Shown piece by piece: positions 10,338 to 19,739 of a stretch of 64,000 bases of DNA. The translations under genes were made by a program, and so were the position numbers. This DNA is from Candidatus Latescibacterota bacterium (lineage in GTDB: Bacteria; Latescibacterota; UBA2968; GCA-2709665), in assembly GCA_965219995.1 (NCBI GenBank), contig CBDCOX010000002.1, positions 4,512,001-4,576,000 of the forward strand. The letters run 5' to 3'. A model generated the notes under the pieces. That model searched no databases. It saw nothing but the letters and a program-made list of their open reading frames with translations, and was not told the origin of the DNA. Every line of letters begins with the position of its first letter. The first letter of the stretch is position 1.

Positions 10338-10380
10338 ACTCGCCGTCCTCCGGCGAATCCACTGTATTCGTCCAGGAACC
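10338..10380. repeat. 43-bp direct repeat, copy A (duplicated 3' end of the serine hydrolase gene)
   Basis: ACTCGCCGTCCTCCGGCGAATCCACTGTATTCGTCCAGGAACC, identical to 11238-11280. Confidence 0.95.
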
Positions 10381-10430
10381 GGATATTACAAGCCCCATAG
10401 AGGAGAGATCTGTCGATTTCGCTCAGAGTG

Positions 10431-10472
10431 AAAAAAAGACCCGCGCCATTTCCAGGAAATGGGACACAGGCC
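10431..10472 (-). terminator. Intrinsic terminator downstream of the TA module, upstream of phoR
   Basis: Minus strand GGCCTGTG-TCCCATTTC-CTG-GAAATGG-CGCGGGTC followed by T7. Confidence 0.6.
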
Positions 10473-10556
10473 ATTGGTAACGAACAACCAGGAACTCGGG
10501 CATTCAGCCTGATCCGGCAGACTGTCTTGAGTTGCTTCCGTACGCCTCAAAACTGC

Positions 10557-10826
10557 TCACGCGGCCTGTAGCGGGGCCAGTTCTTCGGGGTCAAGCAGAG
10601 GGACGTTCAGCTCGTTCAACACCTCGTTGATCTGGTCGGAAGTCACTTGATCCGGAGCAGTGATCTCCAAACCTATCGGATGTCCTTCCGCCTCATAGTC
10701 CACCAACAGACCCATCCGAATCTTCTCCGTCCTCACGCTTCTGGCCATGGCCGTTCTGGGAAAGTACAAATACGCTGCCAGCGGCCGGCCTTTTCGAAAC
10801 GTAATTTCCAAATATCGATCTTTCAT
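10557..10826 (-). CDS. DUF2283-like putative antitoxin
   Basis: AAYLYF...SVRT...LLVDY..EGHPIGLEI motif; ATGA overlap with upstream small gene. Confidence 0.75.
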   Translation of the reverse strand: MKDRYLEITFRKGRPLAAYLYFPRTAMARSVRTEKIRMGLLVDYEAEGHPIGLEITAPDQVTSDQINEVLNELNVPLLDPEELAPLQAA

Positions 10827-11098
10827 CGTCCCTTGCTTTCTCTGATCGGATAAGCGGTGACAATCACCAGCAACTGTTCTTCAAAGTCCGGTTCGACAAT
10901 AACCTCCCAATCCACCTGATGATACCGAATTTCTACGACATAACGGCCGTAATACTCGTCTGGCCGAAAGCCTCCTGCACGGCTTAACATCTCTCTCAGC
11001 GCGATTTCCGTGAAATCCCTCTGCTCCATTCGTTTTTCGGCGTGCGGGGTGATTTCGAGTTCCCATTTCCACCAATCCGGCCAATTCATCTTTGCCAT
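10823..11098 (-). CDS. DUF4258-like putative toxin (RelE-like)
   Basis: ITPHAEKRMEQR...LLVIVTAYP motif; coupled to the DUF2283-like gene. Confidence 0.72.
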   Translation of the reverse strand: MAKMNWPDWWKWELEITPHAEKRMEQRDFTEIALREMLSRAGGFRPDEYYGRYVVEIRYHQVDWEVIVEPDFEEQLLVIVTAYPIRESKGR

Positions 11099-11233
11099 CC
11101 GAACGGAGTCCGGGCTGACCCGCTATAAATATAAAGAAAACTGAACATTCAATACACTATTTTACGGTTTGGCAAAAATCAGTCGCAGGAGTGAAGACAA
11201 GGGGCATGAGCAGTCGGAATCACAGCGAGATCT

Positions 11234-12706
11234 TTAGACTCGCCGTCCTCCGGCGAATCCACTGTATTCGTCCAGGAACCACTCGGCCTGCTTCGTCATG
11301 AAAACGCCGATCTCATCGCCCTTGAAGGCGAAAGAAATCATGAGCCGTCCCAGGTAGACGTCCGTGACGCAGACCTCCATGTTGAGCGTCCGCCCGTCGA
11401 CCCACGCGGCAGAGGCCTGGCATTCGTACTCGATACCGGGGACCTGGCCGATCTGTTCGCCGAAGTAGTTGCGCTGGGGAAACTTGCCGGGCAGCACGCG
11501 ACCGACTCCGAAACGCAGCACATTGTCGCCCTGACCGTTGGTGTACTCCCATGCGCCCTCATCATCACCGAACGACAGGCGCATCCGGGTGATCCCCATC
11601 GGGTTGTCTTCGAGGGCATACCATGCACCGTTGACATCCGAGGCCGGGGGAGCATCGGGATCCCCTGGAATCGGCAGGACTTCCAGGCGTTCGATTCTGC
11701 TGGCAAGTGCCGCACCGGCGTCGCGGTCTTCGGGAAGCGGCGCGTCTGACAGGTGGCGGTAGAGTTCGTCGCGCATCACGGCGGGAATGGCGCTGCCCGC
11801 CGCCGCGCCCTGGGTGTCTGCGATACAGGTGAACAGGAAATCTTTATCTGGAAAACAGATGGCGTACTGACTGCCCATCCCGCGGAAGGAGAATCCGTTC
11901 TCTTCCTCGCGCCAGATCTGATATCCGTACCCGCTGTTTCCCCGGATCGTGTTGTCGATCTGACAGGCGGTCGCGGCGCGCACGAATGCTTCCGGCAGAA
12001 CCCTCTCGTCTCCCCATGTGCCGCCGTTCATGCAGGCGAGTGCGACTCTGGCCAGGTCGCGGAGCGTGCAGATGACGCCCGATCCGCCCCACGACCCGCC
12101 CTCGGGCGTGCGAATACACCATGCGTCGGCCGAGAACCCGATCCGGTCCAGAAATCGCGGACGCATATAGTTCAGAAAGGGCATGCCGGAAAGCCGTTCC
12201 ACCGCGGCCGTAAGCACGACGGTCGCGGCGGTGTCGTACGCGAAAATCGTTCCCGGTGGATGCGAGGGGGCCTGGTTGAAGAAGGTCCACACCCAGTCCG
12301 GGTCGTTGCGTGAGTAGGAGTTTCTCGAATGGGGGGTCGACATCGTCAGGAGGTCCCTGACGGTCGAAGCGGCAAGCCACGGATGAAGGTCTTCCGGCAG
12401 CTTGTCCGGGAAGGTTTCGACGACCCGGCTGTCGAGGGTGAGCCTGCCTTCGTCGATCATCATGCCGACCGCGAGCGCAACGAAGCTCTTGCTGACCGAA
12501 TACATGCGGTGCTTGTGCACCCGGGACCATGGGGCCCAGTATCCCTCCGCCGCGATCCTGTTGTGACGCACCAGCAGAAAACCGTGCATGCAGATGCGTT
12601 CGGAGTCGATCCGCTGCAGGAAGTTCAGGATCGCCCGCGACGGGATGCCCTGGCTTTCAGGTGAGGGTGCCAGTGTAAAGAAATCTTCAGATGCGGATCG
12701 CGTCAT
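11234..12706 (-). CDS. Serine hydrolase, beta-lactamase class C/esterase family
   Basis: SxxK (YSVSKS), DLLTMS, PGTIFAY, YGYQIW; start placed at MTRSASED, uncertain. Confidence 0.85.
   Translation of the reverse strand: MTRSASEDFFTLAPSPESQGIPSRAILNFLQRIDSERICMHGFLLVRHNRIAAEGYWAPWSRVHKHRMYSVSKSFVALAVGMMIDEGRLTLDSRVVETFPDKLPEDLHPWLAASTVRDLLTMSTPHSRNSYSRNDPDWVWTFFNQAPSHPPGTIFAYDTAATVVLTAAVERLSGMPFLNYMRPRFLDRIGFSADAWCIRTPEGGSWGGSGVICTLRDLARVALACMNGGTWGDERVLPEAFVRAATACQIDNTIRGNSGYGYQIWREEENGFSFRGMGSQYAICFPDKDFLFTCIADTQGAAAGSAIPAVMRDELYRHLSDAPLPEDRDAGAALASRIERLEVLPIPGDPDAPPASDVNGAWYALEDNPMGITRMRLSFGDDEGAWEYTNGQGDNVLRFGVGRVLPGKFPQRNYFGEQIGQVPGIEYECQASAAWVDGRTLNMEVCVTDVYLGRLMISFAFKGDEIGVFMTKQAEWFLDEYSGFAGGRRV
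11238..11280. repeat. 43-bp direct repeat, copy B (inside the hydrolase 3' end)
   Basis: Identical to 10338-10380, exactly 900 bp apart. Confidence 0.95.
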
Positions 12707-13415
12707 CTCGCACGCGTTCTCCATTGAAACGGTAGCCGACGCCGCGGACGGTTTCGACCATTTCGCTTGCGCCGCCGAGTTTCTCTCTCAACCGTCGGAC
12801 ATGGGTATCCACGGTCCGGCCGTAACCGGCGTAATCGTAACCCCACACCGTGTTCAGAAGTTCCTCCCGGGACTGCACGCGCCCCCGTCGTTCCGCCAGC
12901 GTAACCAGCAAACTGAATTCGGTGGAAGTCAATGCCAGTGCATCGCCGCCCACGGTTACCCGGTGGGCGGCCTGATCGATGGTGAGCGGCCCGAATCGCA
13001 TCGTTTCCGCACCGGACGTTTGCGATGCCGGGTCCCGCGGTTCCGCCAGTCGCCTCAGGATGGCCTGGACCCGAAGTACGAGCTCTCGGGGCGAAAACGG
13101 CTTCACAACGTAGTCGTCCGCTCCCAGTTCCAGGCCGACGACGCGGTCCACCTCTTCGGCGCGCGCCGTCAGCATCAGAATCGGCAGTTTACGGGTGGCC
13201 GCGTCCTGCTTCAGCAGCCTGCACACTTCCAGCCCGTCTATTCCGGGCAGCATCAGGTCCAGGACCACCAGATCGGGAATCTCATTCCGAATGAGTTCGA
13301 CGGCCGCTTCGCCGGTCTCGACGGCGACCACCGTAAAGCCCGCCTTCTCAAGGTTGTACGAGACGATCTCCCGAATATCAACTTCGTCTTCAACCACCAG
13401 AATGTTTCCTGTCAT
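12687..13415 (-). CDS. phoB: PhoB/OmpR family response regulator
   Basis: ILVVEDE, LDLMLP, GLELGADDYVVKPFS, RTVDTHVRRLREKL, ETVRGVGY; same cluster as phoR and ppk1. Confidence 0.85.
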   Translation of the reverse strand: MTGNILVVEDEVDIREIVSYNLEKAGFTVVAVETGEAAVELIRNEIPDLVVLDLMLPGIDGLEVCRLLKQDAATRKLPILMLTARAEEVDRVVGLELGADDYVVKPFSPRELVLRVQAILRRLAEPRDPASQTSGAETMRFGPLTIDQAAHRVTVGGDALALTSTEFSLLVTLAERRGRVQSREELLNTVWGYDYAGYGRTVDTHVRRLREKLGGASEMVETVRGVGYRFNGERVRDDAIRI

Positions 13416-13698
13416 GGATGTCCTCGCGTCAACAACAGCCCCGTCGTCCCGCCAGGGTTCGAGACGTCATCTGCTCTCCGAAACGCAATATACGAAAAGG
13501 AACGAAATGTGCAATGCCACTGGGCCGATATTGGACGGCCGGAAAAAAACCGGATTGTCCATCACACGGGAGATCGACGGGACAGCATGACAATCCGATT
13601 GAGCGTGAGAACGCGTGTTGTCAGGTGTTCCGTCTCGGTAACGAGTTGACTGACGCTGAGGTATTTTCGGGACGGAACCATGTTCGCCGCAAAGTACA

Positions 13699-15669
13699 CT
13701 ATACGGGAGAAAAGGAGATATCGCCCAGCCAGGGGTCGCAGCGGCCCAGCCTCACGGCCAGGGTGTCTCCGGGCGCCGCCTTCGGGGGCGGCCTGATATC
13801 CGTCTGGAATGCGAAATCCAGTATCTCGACGTTCATCGTCCGATCTCGCGCTTCAAGCACAACGGCCTCGAACACGTCGCCGATCCGACCCTGCAGGTAC
13901 CGAAACAGCCAGTAACGCTCCCGCCGCCGCTCGATGCGGATCAGGGTGCGCATCCGTTCCTCGGCTTCGAAGACCACGCGCTGGATATGCTCCTCGTCGT
14001 AGGGAAGCGGCCGATCCATCAGATAAGCCGCCACCTGCCTCTGAACCGCCAGGTCCGTATACCGCCTCAATGGCGATGAGGCCTGGCAGTACGCCTCCAC
14101 GCCCAGCCCGCCGTGCAGTTCCGGTGTCACGCTCATCGACGCGCGCCGCATTCGGCGCAACACCCGGTACCGGCGCAACACTTCATTCTCCACGTCGCTG
14201 AATTCCGCGAGTTCCGGTGCGGCCTGGATCCGGTACACCACCGGAATGCCCCGGTCCCGGCTGAACCGCGCCACCGCAACGTTGGACATCACCATCATCT
14301 CGCTCACGAGTAGGTTCGCCGGAGACCTGCCGTCCTCCAACGACACCTCGATCTTCCCCTCCGCCGTTATCCCGATGCGCCGGTTCGGATGTTCCACGTC
14401 GATCGCGCCGTTCTGCAGCCTTTCGATGCAGTGCCACTCCGCGACGGTGTGCAGTGCCGAAAACTCGCTGTGCAGGGAATGGGAGGAATCCTCCAGAATC
14501 CCGTCCACGGCTTCATAGGAGAGTTTTTCGCGGCACCGTATCACCGAAGGAACGATATCGACGCTTTCCACCGTTCCATCCGCCGAAACGTCGAACAACT
14601 GACTCAGCGCAAGCCGCAGAGCACCCGGCCGAAGGCTCCCCAGATCGCTGGAAACCCTCTCCGGAAACATGGGAATCTTCCGGTCCGGGAAGTAGAGGCT
14701 GGAAACCCTCGCCGCAGCCTCCCGGTCCGGTTCCGAATCCAGGGGAACCAGACCTGCCACGTCGGTGATGTGCACGCCAACCTGCATGGACCTGTCGGCT
14801 CGTATCACGACCGATACGCCGTCGTCCATATCGGTGGTTGCGGCGTCGTCGACCGCGTAGACCGCCAGATCCGTCAGGTCCCGTCGACGGCCGTCGTCCG
14901 GCAGCGAAGCCGGTCCCAATGCTTCGGCCGCCCGGCTGACTACCGGCGGGAATTCGACCGGCACCTCGGCCCGGATCAGGTCCAGGTGTTCATCCGGCTC
15001 CCAAACGCCGTGCCGGACAAGCCGGTCAAAGACGAGGCGCGCGTCCACCCTGGCGTCCGCCATGCGTTCCATCCACCCGGTGTGAACACTCTTCTCTCCG
15101 CGCAACACGGTATCCTTCAGCCGATCGACCCATCCGTCGACGAGTTCCGGAGGTCCTTCACGACACTCGGAGAACCACTGCTGGAATTGCGCCTTCACTT
15201 CGGCTCGCTCGGCCTCGCGTCTTGCCGCGGACCGTCGGCCCTGAACCGCTTCCTCGCTCAACGCGCGGTACCCGCCCCCGCACCGTTCGGCCTCAAAAAA
15301 CAGGTTCTGCTCCAGACGGACCAGAAGTGCGGCGCGCTGGTCCGGCGTCACGTCCCCGCCGAAATAGAGATCCGCCAATCCGTCCACGGTCCAGACATCC
15401 GCGTCGTCGCGCACCAGTTCCCACGCGTCCTCGAGGTCTATTTCCTCGCTTTCCGCCTTCGCGCGCGACATCCACGCGGCGGCGCCGGTCCAGTCAGCGG
15501 CCGTTTCACCGGTGCAAAGCAACACGTTCCCGGCGGGCGTATTCACCGTTTCCTTGCGTGCCGTCGCAAAGCGCACCTTTCCGCCTTGCGAAGACAGGCA
15601 CACGCCGGCCATCAACCGGTTGCGGTACCGGAAGAACGCAATCTCGTTTTCCATGAGTGCCATAGCCAA
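13699..15669 (-). CDS. RNB domain exoribonuclease (RNase II family)
   Basis: AVDDAATTDMDDG catalytic motif, VHITDV, SSPLRRYTDL, C-terminal S1-like region. Confidence 0.9.
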   Translation of the reverse strand: MAMALMENEIAFFRYRNRLMAGVCLSSQGGKVRFATARKETVNTPAGNVLLCTGETAADWTGAAAWMSRAKAESEEIDLEDAWELVRDDADVWTVDGLADLYFGGDVTPDQRAALLVRLEQNLFFEAERCGGGYRALSEEAVQGRRSAARREAERAEVKAQFQQWFSECREGPPELVDGWVDRLKDTVLRGEKSVHTGWMERMADARVDARLVFDRLVRHGVWEPDEHLDLIRAEVPVEFPPVVSRAAEALGPASLPDDGRRRDLTDLAVYAVDDAATTDMDDGVSVVIRADRSMQVGVHITDVAGLVPLDSEPDREAAARVSSLYFPDRKIPMFPERVSSDLGSLRPGALRLALSQLFDVSADGTVESVDIVPSVIRCREKLSYEAVDGILEDSSHSLHSEFSALHTVAEWHCIERLQNGAIDVEHPNRRIGITAEGKIEVSLEDGRSPANLLVSEMMVMSNVAVARFSRDRGIPVVYRIQAAPELAEFSDVENEVLRRYRVLRRMRRASMSVTPELHGGLGVEAYCQASSPLRRYTDLAVQRQVAAYLMDRPLPYDEEHIQRVVFEAEERMRTLIRIERRRERYWLFRYLQGRIGDVFEAVVLEARDRTMNVEILDFAFQTDIRPPPKAAPGDTLAVRLGRCDPWLGDISFSPV

Positions 15670-15708
15670 TGTAAACGCCGGGTACGCCCCGTTCGTCCGG
15701 TTTCCGGC

Positions 15709-16107
15709 CTATTGCTGCGGTTTTCTGGCGACCACGTCGATTTCCACCAGGATGCCCGGCAGTACGGACTGCACCGTTGTCCTGGCCGGCCGGACGCCCG
15801 TGAAGAACCCGGAATACACCCCGTTGAATGCCGAGAAATCGCCGATATCCGCGAGATGACAGGTCGATTTGACCACGTCGTCCATCGTACAGCCCGCTTC
15901 CTGCAAGACCTTGCGGATGTGCTCCAGCGTAACGCGGGTCTGTGTCTCTATATCGTCGCCGATCACCTCGCCGGTGGCCAGGTCAAGCGACGCATGCCCG
16001 CTCACGTAAACCCATCCGTCCACTTCGACCGCCGCCGAATACGCCCCCGTGTCCACCTGTTTGTCGGGGTGTCTGATCTCCCGCTTGCCCATCGTGTGTC
16101 CTCCCAT
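15709..16107 (-). CDS. RidA/YjgF family protein
   Basis: YSAAV..DGWVYVSG, FNGVY..FF...RPARTTV, LVEIDVVA. Confidence 0.92.
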   Translation of the reverse strand: MGGHTMGKREIRHPDKQVDTGAYSAAVEVDGWVYVSGHASLDLATGEVIGDDIETQTRVTLEHIRKVLQEAGCTMDDVVKSTCHLADIGDFSAFNGVYSGFFTGVRPARTTVQSVLPGILVEIDVVARKPQQ

Positions 16108-16414
16108 GCATAGAGCCTTCCTGTATCGTTTGTCGCGTCAATATAGTGAATTCCGGGGGACCGATCCAGCCGGATCTGTCCATTGAGCCAGTGCCCCGAT
16201 GCGCCTTGCATTTCGCCGGACGGGCGTTTATCTTCTCCGCAATCTGCTGTGTTGCGGTCGTATTCGTCAGGTATCGATTTGCCAGGCACGGGCGCCGCCC
16301 GCGGTGCCCCGGAATCGACAAGCGATCGTTTTCGGCTTCAGATGTCGCGCGCCCCCGTCCCCGCGGGGCAAGCCCCCGCCGGACCGCGCCGGATGGGCAT
16401 CCGGCATTGAGGAG

Positions 16415-18403
16415 ATGCACGACGTGGCTACCGTTGCAGATCAGATCTCCGGGTCTGTACCCGACGTCCGCCTCGCGGAGTCCCGGCATGTACACACGCC
16501 ATGGACCCTGGCCAACTACGCTACCCTGAAGGCATGGAAAGCCCGCGCCGAACGGATACGCCGGCAGCTCCTCGTTGTCACGGGCTTATACCCGGTGCCT
16601 GAGAAGAGTCCCCTCAATCCACGCGTGTTCGGGCGCCTGGAACGCGCGGGCTACGCGGTGGAGAAGGTCTACTTCGAGTCTCTACCCGGTTTTCTGGTAT
16701 GTGGCAACCTCTATAGCCCGTTGGGTCCGGGACCCCACCCGGGCGTAGCCTGCCCGCACGGCCACTGTCGCCGCGGTCGCCTTGAGAACGACGACGCTGC
16801 ATTCGGTTCCATTCCGGGACGCTGCATCAACCTGGCCCGCCAGGGGCATGTTGTCTTTTCGTACGACATGGCGGGGTATAACGACAGCAGCCAGATCGAG
16901 CATCGGGAATTCGGCGGACGTACCGAAGACCTCTGGGGAATCGGCGTCCTGGGCCTGCAGCTGTGGAACAGCATCCGCGTCATCGACTTCCTTCAGTCCC
17001 TTCCTTGCGTGGACCCGGACCGGATCGGCTGCACCGGCGCGTCGGGGGGCGGGACGCAGACGTTTTTGCTTGCCGCCGTGGACGATCGGGTCAGGGTGGC
17101 GGCGCCGGTGAATATGATCTCGGCCCACATGCAGGGCGGATGCAACTGCGAGAACCAGGCCCATCTCCGCCTGGACGTCAACAACGTGGAGATCGCGGCA
17201 GCGATGGCGCCGCGCCCGCTCTTTCTCGTTTCCGCATCCGGCGACTGGACATGCAACACACCCGAACTCGAGTATCCCGCAATCCGGGCGATCTACAGCC
17301 TGTACGGCGCCGCCGACAGAATCGACACGGCGCAGGTTGACGCGGGACACAACTATAACCGAGAAAGCCGCGAGTACGTCTACAGGTGGTTCGGGAGGTG
17401 GCTGCTCGGCAGGGACGAACCGTTCAGGGAACGTCCCTTTACAGTGGAACGGGACGAGGATCTGCTGGTTTTCCACAAACGGAAGCGGCCCGCACGCGCA
17501 CTGGACTCGAAAGGGCTCACGAATTTCCTGATCGCCCGGTCCGAGTCGCGCGTGAAAGATGCGCTGCCCGATAGCCCGGCCTCCCTGCGCCGGTTCAAGG
17601 AGCGGATGGTGCCGGCATTCAGGCACGCGCTCGCCGCCACGTACCCGGCGGCGACTGTTGCGAGAGACATGGGGCGGACCAGGAGCCGCCGGCACGTCGT
17701 CCAGCGGCTGCTGATTGGCCGGCCGGACGGCGGGGACCGGTTTCCGGCCCGGCTGTTTCTGTCGCGAAACGGCGAGGAAAGGTCGCCGTGCGCGCTACTG
17801 GTGCACCCGCGGGGCAACGACGCGCTCTCCGACCCCCAAAGCGGAGCGCCCGGCCCCGCGGTAGCCGATCTGCTCCATCGCGGCTTGCGGGTCCTGACCA
17901 TCAGCCCGTTCCTGGTTGGGTCGTGTCTTACAAATACAGGGCAACGAGACGCGACAGTGCCGCACTTCGACACCTACAATTCCAGCGATGCATCCTGCCG
18001 AATCCAGGACATTCTCACGGCCCTGGCCTTTCTGCAGTCCCGCGCCGACGTCACGACTTGCCACCTGGCGGGCATCGGCGCAGCCGGGCTCTGGTGTCTG
18101 TTCGCTCTCGCGCTGGCGCCTGACATCGGCCGCACCATCATCGACGCCAACCGGTTCCGGGCCGGCAGCGACGCGCACTGGGCCGAACATCTCTACATTC
18201 CCGCCATTCGAGCAATCGGCGACCTTCGCACGGCCGGCGCGCTGATCGCCCCCGCGCCGCTCTACGTTCACAATGCGGGCACCGACTTCCCCGCAGGCGA
18301 GATTCGCGCGTGCTACCGTGCCGCGGGGGCCCCTTCCGACCTGACCGTTTCACGCACGCGTATCAACCGCGCCGCGTTGTACGATTGGCTCACGGATACA
18401 TAA
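16415..18403 (+). CDS. Acetylxylan esterase-like alpha/beta hydrolase with two hydrolase domains
   Basis: VEKVYFESLPG, CPHGH, RIGCTGASGGGTQT nucleophile elbow, GHNYN; GAGGAG immediately before ATG 16415 (start uncertain). Confidence 0.8.
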   Translation: MHDVATVADQISGSVPDVRLAESRHVHTPWTLANYATLKAWKARAERIRRQLLVVTGLYPVPEKSPLNPRVFGRLERAGYAVEKVYFESLPGFLVCGNLYSPLGPGPHPGVACPHGHCRRGRLENDDAAFGSIPGRCINLARQGHVVFSYDMAGYNDSSQIEHREFGGRTEDLWGIGVLGLQLWNSIRVIDFLQSLPCVDPDRIGCTGASGGGTQTFLLAAVDDRVRVAAPVNMISAHMQGGCNCENQAHLRLDVNNVEIAAAMAPRPLFLVSASGDWTCNTPELEYPAIRAIYSLYGAADRIDTAQVDAGHNYNRESREYVYRWFGRWLLGRDEPFRERPFTVERDEDLLVFHKRKRPARALDSKGLTNFLIARSESRVKDALPDSPASLRRFKERMVPAFRHALAATYPAATVARDMGRTRSRRHVVQRLLIGRPDGGDRFPARLFLSRNGEERSPCALLVHPRGNDALSDPQSGAPGPAVADLLHRGLRVLTISPFLVGSCLTNTGQRDATVPHFDTYNSSDASCRIQDILTALAFLQSRADVTTCHLAGIGAAGLWCLFALALAPDIGRTIIDANRFRAGSDAHWAEHLYIPAIRAIGDLRTAGALIAPAPLYVHNAGTDFPAGEIRACYRAAGAPSDLTVSRTRINRAALYDWLTDT

Positions 18404-18428
18404 CAATGACTCAGTCCCGGATGCCAGA

Positions 18429-19739
18429 ATGAAGATCGCCCACATTTCCGACTTTCACCTCCGCCATCATCTGCCCGGCACCTCGAACATATCCAGGCGG
18501 CTGAGCCGGCATATGCCGGACCTGATATCGCAGGCAGTGGAACGCATTCGCGCGGAATCTCCGGACCTCACGGTCGTAACCGGCGATCTTGTCGACCACC
18601 CCTTTTACGGGATGCACGACCGCGAGCTGATCACCCTCGGGGTTAAGGACCTCCGTCTCGTCCGGGAATGTTTCGCGGCGCTGACCTGTCCGGTCGCGTT
18701 CCTGTACGGCAACCACGACCATCCCGGATCCTTTCACCGGGTCTACGGCGACCTGCCCGCGGAGTTCGAGGTTGCCGGCCATCGCGTCCTGATCTTTTTC
18801 GACGACGAAGTGGACGACCACTTTCCCCAGCGGATGGGTGCGCAGCGCGAACGGTTTCTCGCCGCGCTGAACGACGACGACCCGCGGCCTCAGATCCATC
18901 TCCAGCACTATCTCGTCGCGCCCGTCCGCGTGCGCGGCTATCCTCACGCGTACCGGGAGGCCGAAAGCCTCAAGGCCGCCCTTGTGGCGGACAGCAGGGT
19001 CCGCCTCGTGCTTTGCGGGCACTATCACAAGGGAGACACCCTGTTCAACGAAGGCCACGTGTACTTCGGCAATGCGCCTGCGTTCGGGGAGCCCCCACAT
19101 CCGTTTCGCATCTACAATGTAGACGACGCGGGCGTCACGCAGACCGAATTCCATCTCCGCCCGACAAACGCGCCAAAGCGCCGTGCGGTGTTCCTCGACC
19201 GGGACGGCACGATCAACCCGCAACCGGCCTATCGTACCGGTCCCGAGGAATTCAGCCTGCTGCCCGGCGCCGCGGGAGCACTATCGAAATTGAAGCGCGC
19301 CGGATATATCCTCGTGGTCGTCTCGAACCAGACCGCCGTCGGCCAGGGTTACGTGACCACCGAAACTGTCGGCGCCGTCAATGATCGCATGGCATCGCTG
19401 CTTTGGGTATCGGGCGTGGAACTGGATGGCGTCTACTGCCGCTATCACAGCCCGGGCGCGGTATTGCCGGAACATCGGACCGATCAGCCGGAAACCAAGC
19501 CCAGCCCCGCGATGCTCTATGCCGCCGCCGAAGACCTGAATCTCGACCTTGCCACTTCTTTCATGGTGGGCGACCGGAAGAGCGACGTGGACGCCGGGCG
19601 AAACGCCGGCTGCCGCGCGTCCATCCTGGTGAAGACGGGTGGCGGTCCGGAGGCGCTGGCAAAGATGCCGCCCGGACAAGCAGCATTCGCGGCCGCCGAC
19701 CTCGCCGCCGCCGCGGACTGGATCCTGGAGCAGAGATGA
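18429..19739 (+). CDS. Metallophosphoesterase fused to GmhB-like HAD-IIIA phosphatase
   Basis: ISDFH, TGDL, GNHD, CGHYH followed by FLDRDGTIN, VVSNQ, KP..M, MVGDRKSD. Confidence 0.85.
   Translation: MKIAHISDFHLRHHLPGTSNISRRLSRHMPDLISQAVERIRAESPDLTVVTGDLVDHPFYGMHDRELITLGVKDLRLVRECFAALTCPVAFLYGNHDHPGSFHRVYGDLPAEFEVAGHRVLIFFDDEVDDHFPQRMGAQRERFLAALNDDDPRPQIHLQHYLVAPVRVRGYPHAYREAESLKAALVADSRVRLVLCGHYHKGDTLFNEGHVYFGNAPAFGEPPHPFRIYNVDDAGVTQTEFHLRPTNAPKRRAVFLDRDGTINPQPAYRTGPEEFSLLPGAAGALSKLKRAGYILVVVSNQTAVGQGYVTTETVGAVNDRMASLLWVSGVELDGVYCRYHSPGAVLPEHRTDQPETKPSPAMLYAAAEDLNLDLATSFMVGDRKSDVDAGRNAGCRASILVKTGGGPEALAKMPPGQAAFAAADLAAAADWILEQR

Noticed and set aside
11234-12706. Antibiotic-resistance beta-lactamase
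   Set aside because: No signal peptide; motifs fit the broad cytoplasmic esterase/amidase branch.
13416-13698. Pho boxes upstream of phoB
   Set aside because: TGTCA-like half-sites are present but not at 11-bp direct spacing; only a CGGATTGTC/GACAATCCG inverted repeat of unclear meaning.
14389-16113. Long alternative ORFs (574 aa here; also 27471..29021, 41904..44165, 45799..47370, 62337..63593)
   Set aside because: Antisense shadows of well-supported genes in GC-rich DNA, with no recognisable motifs.
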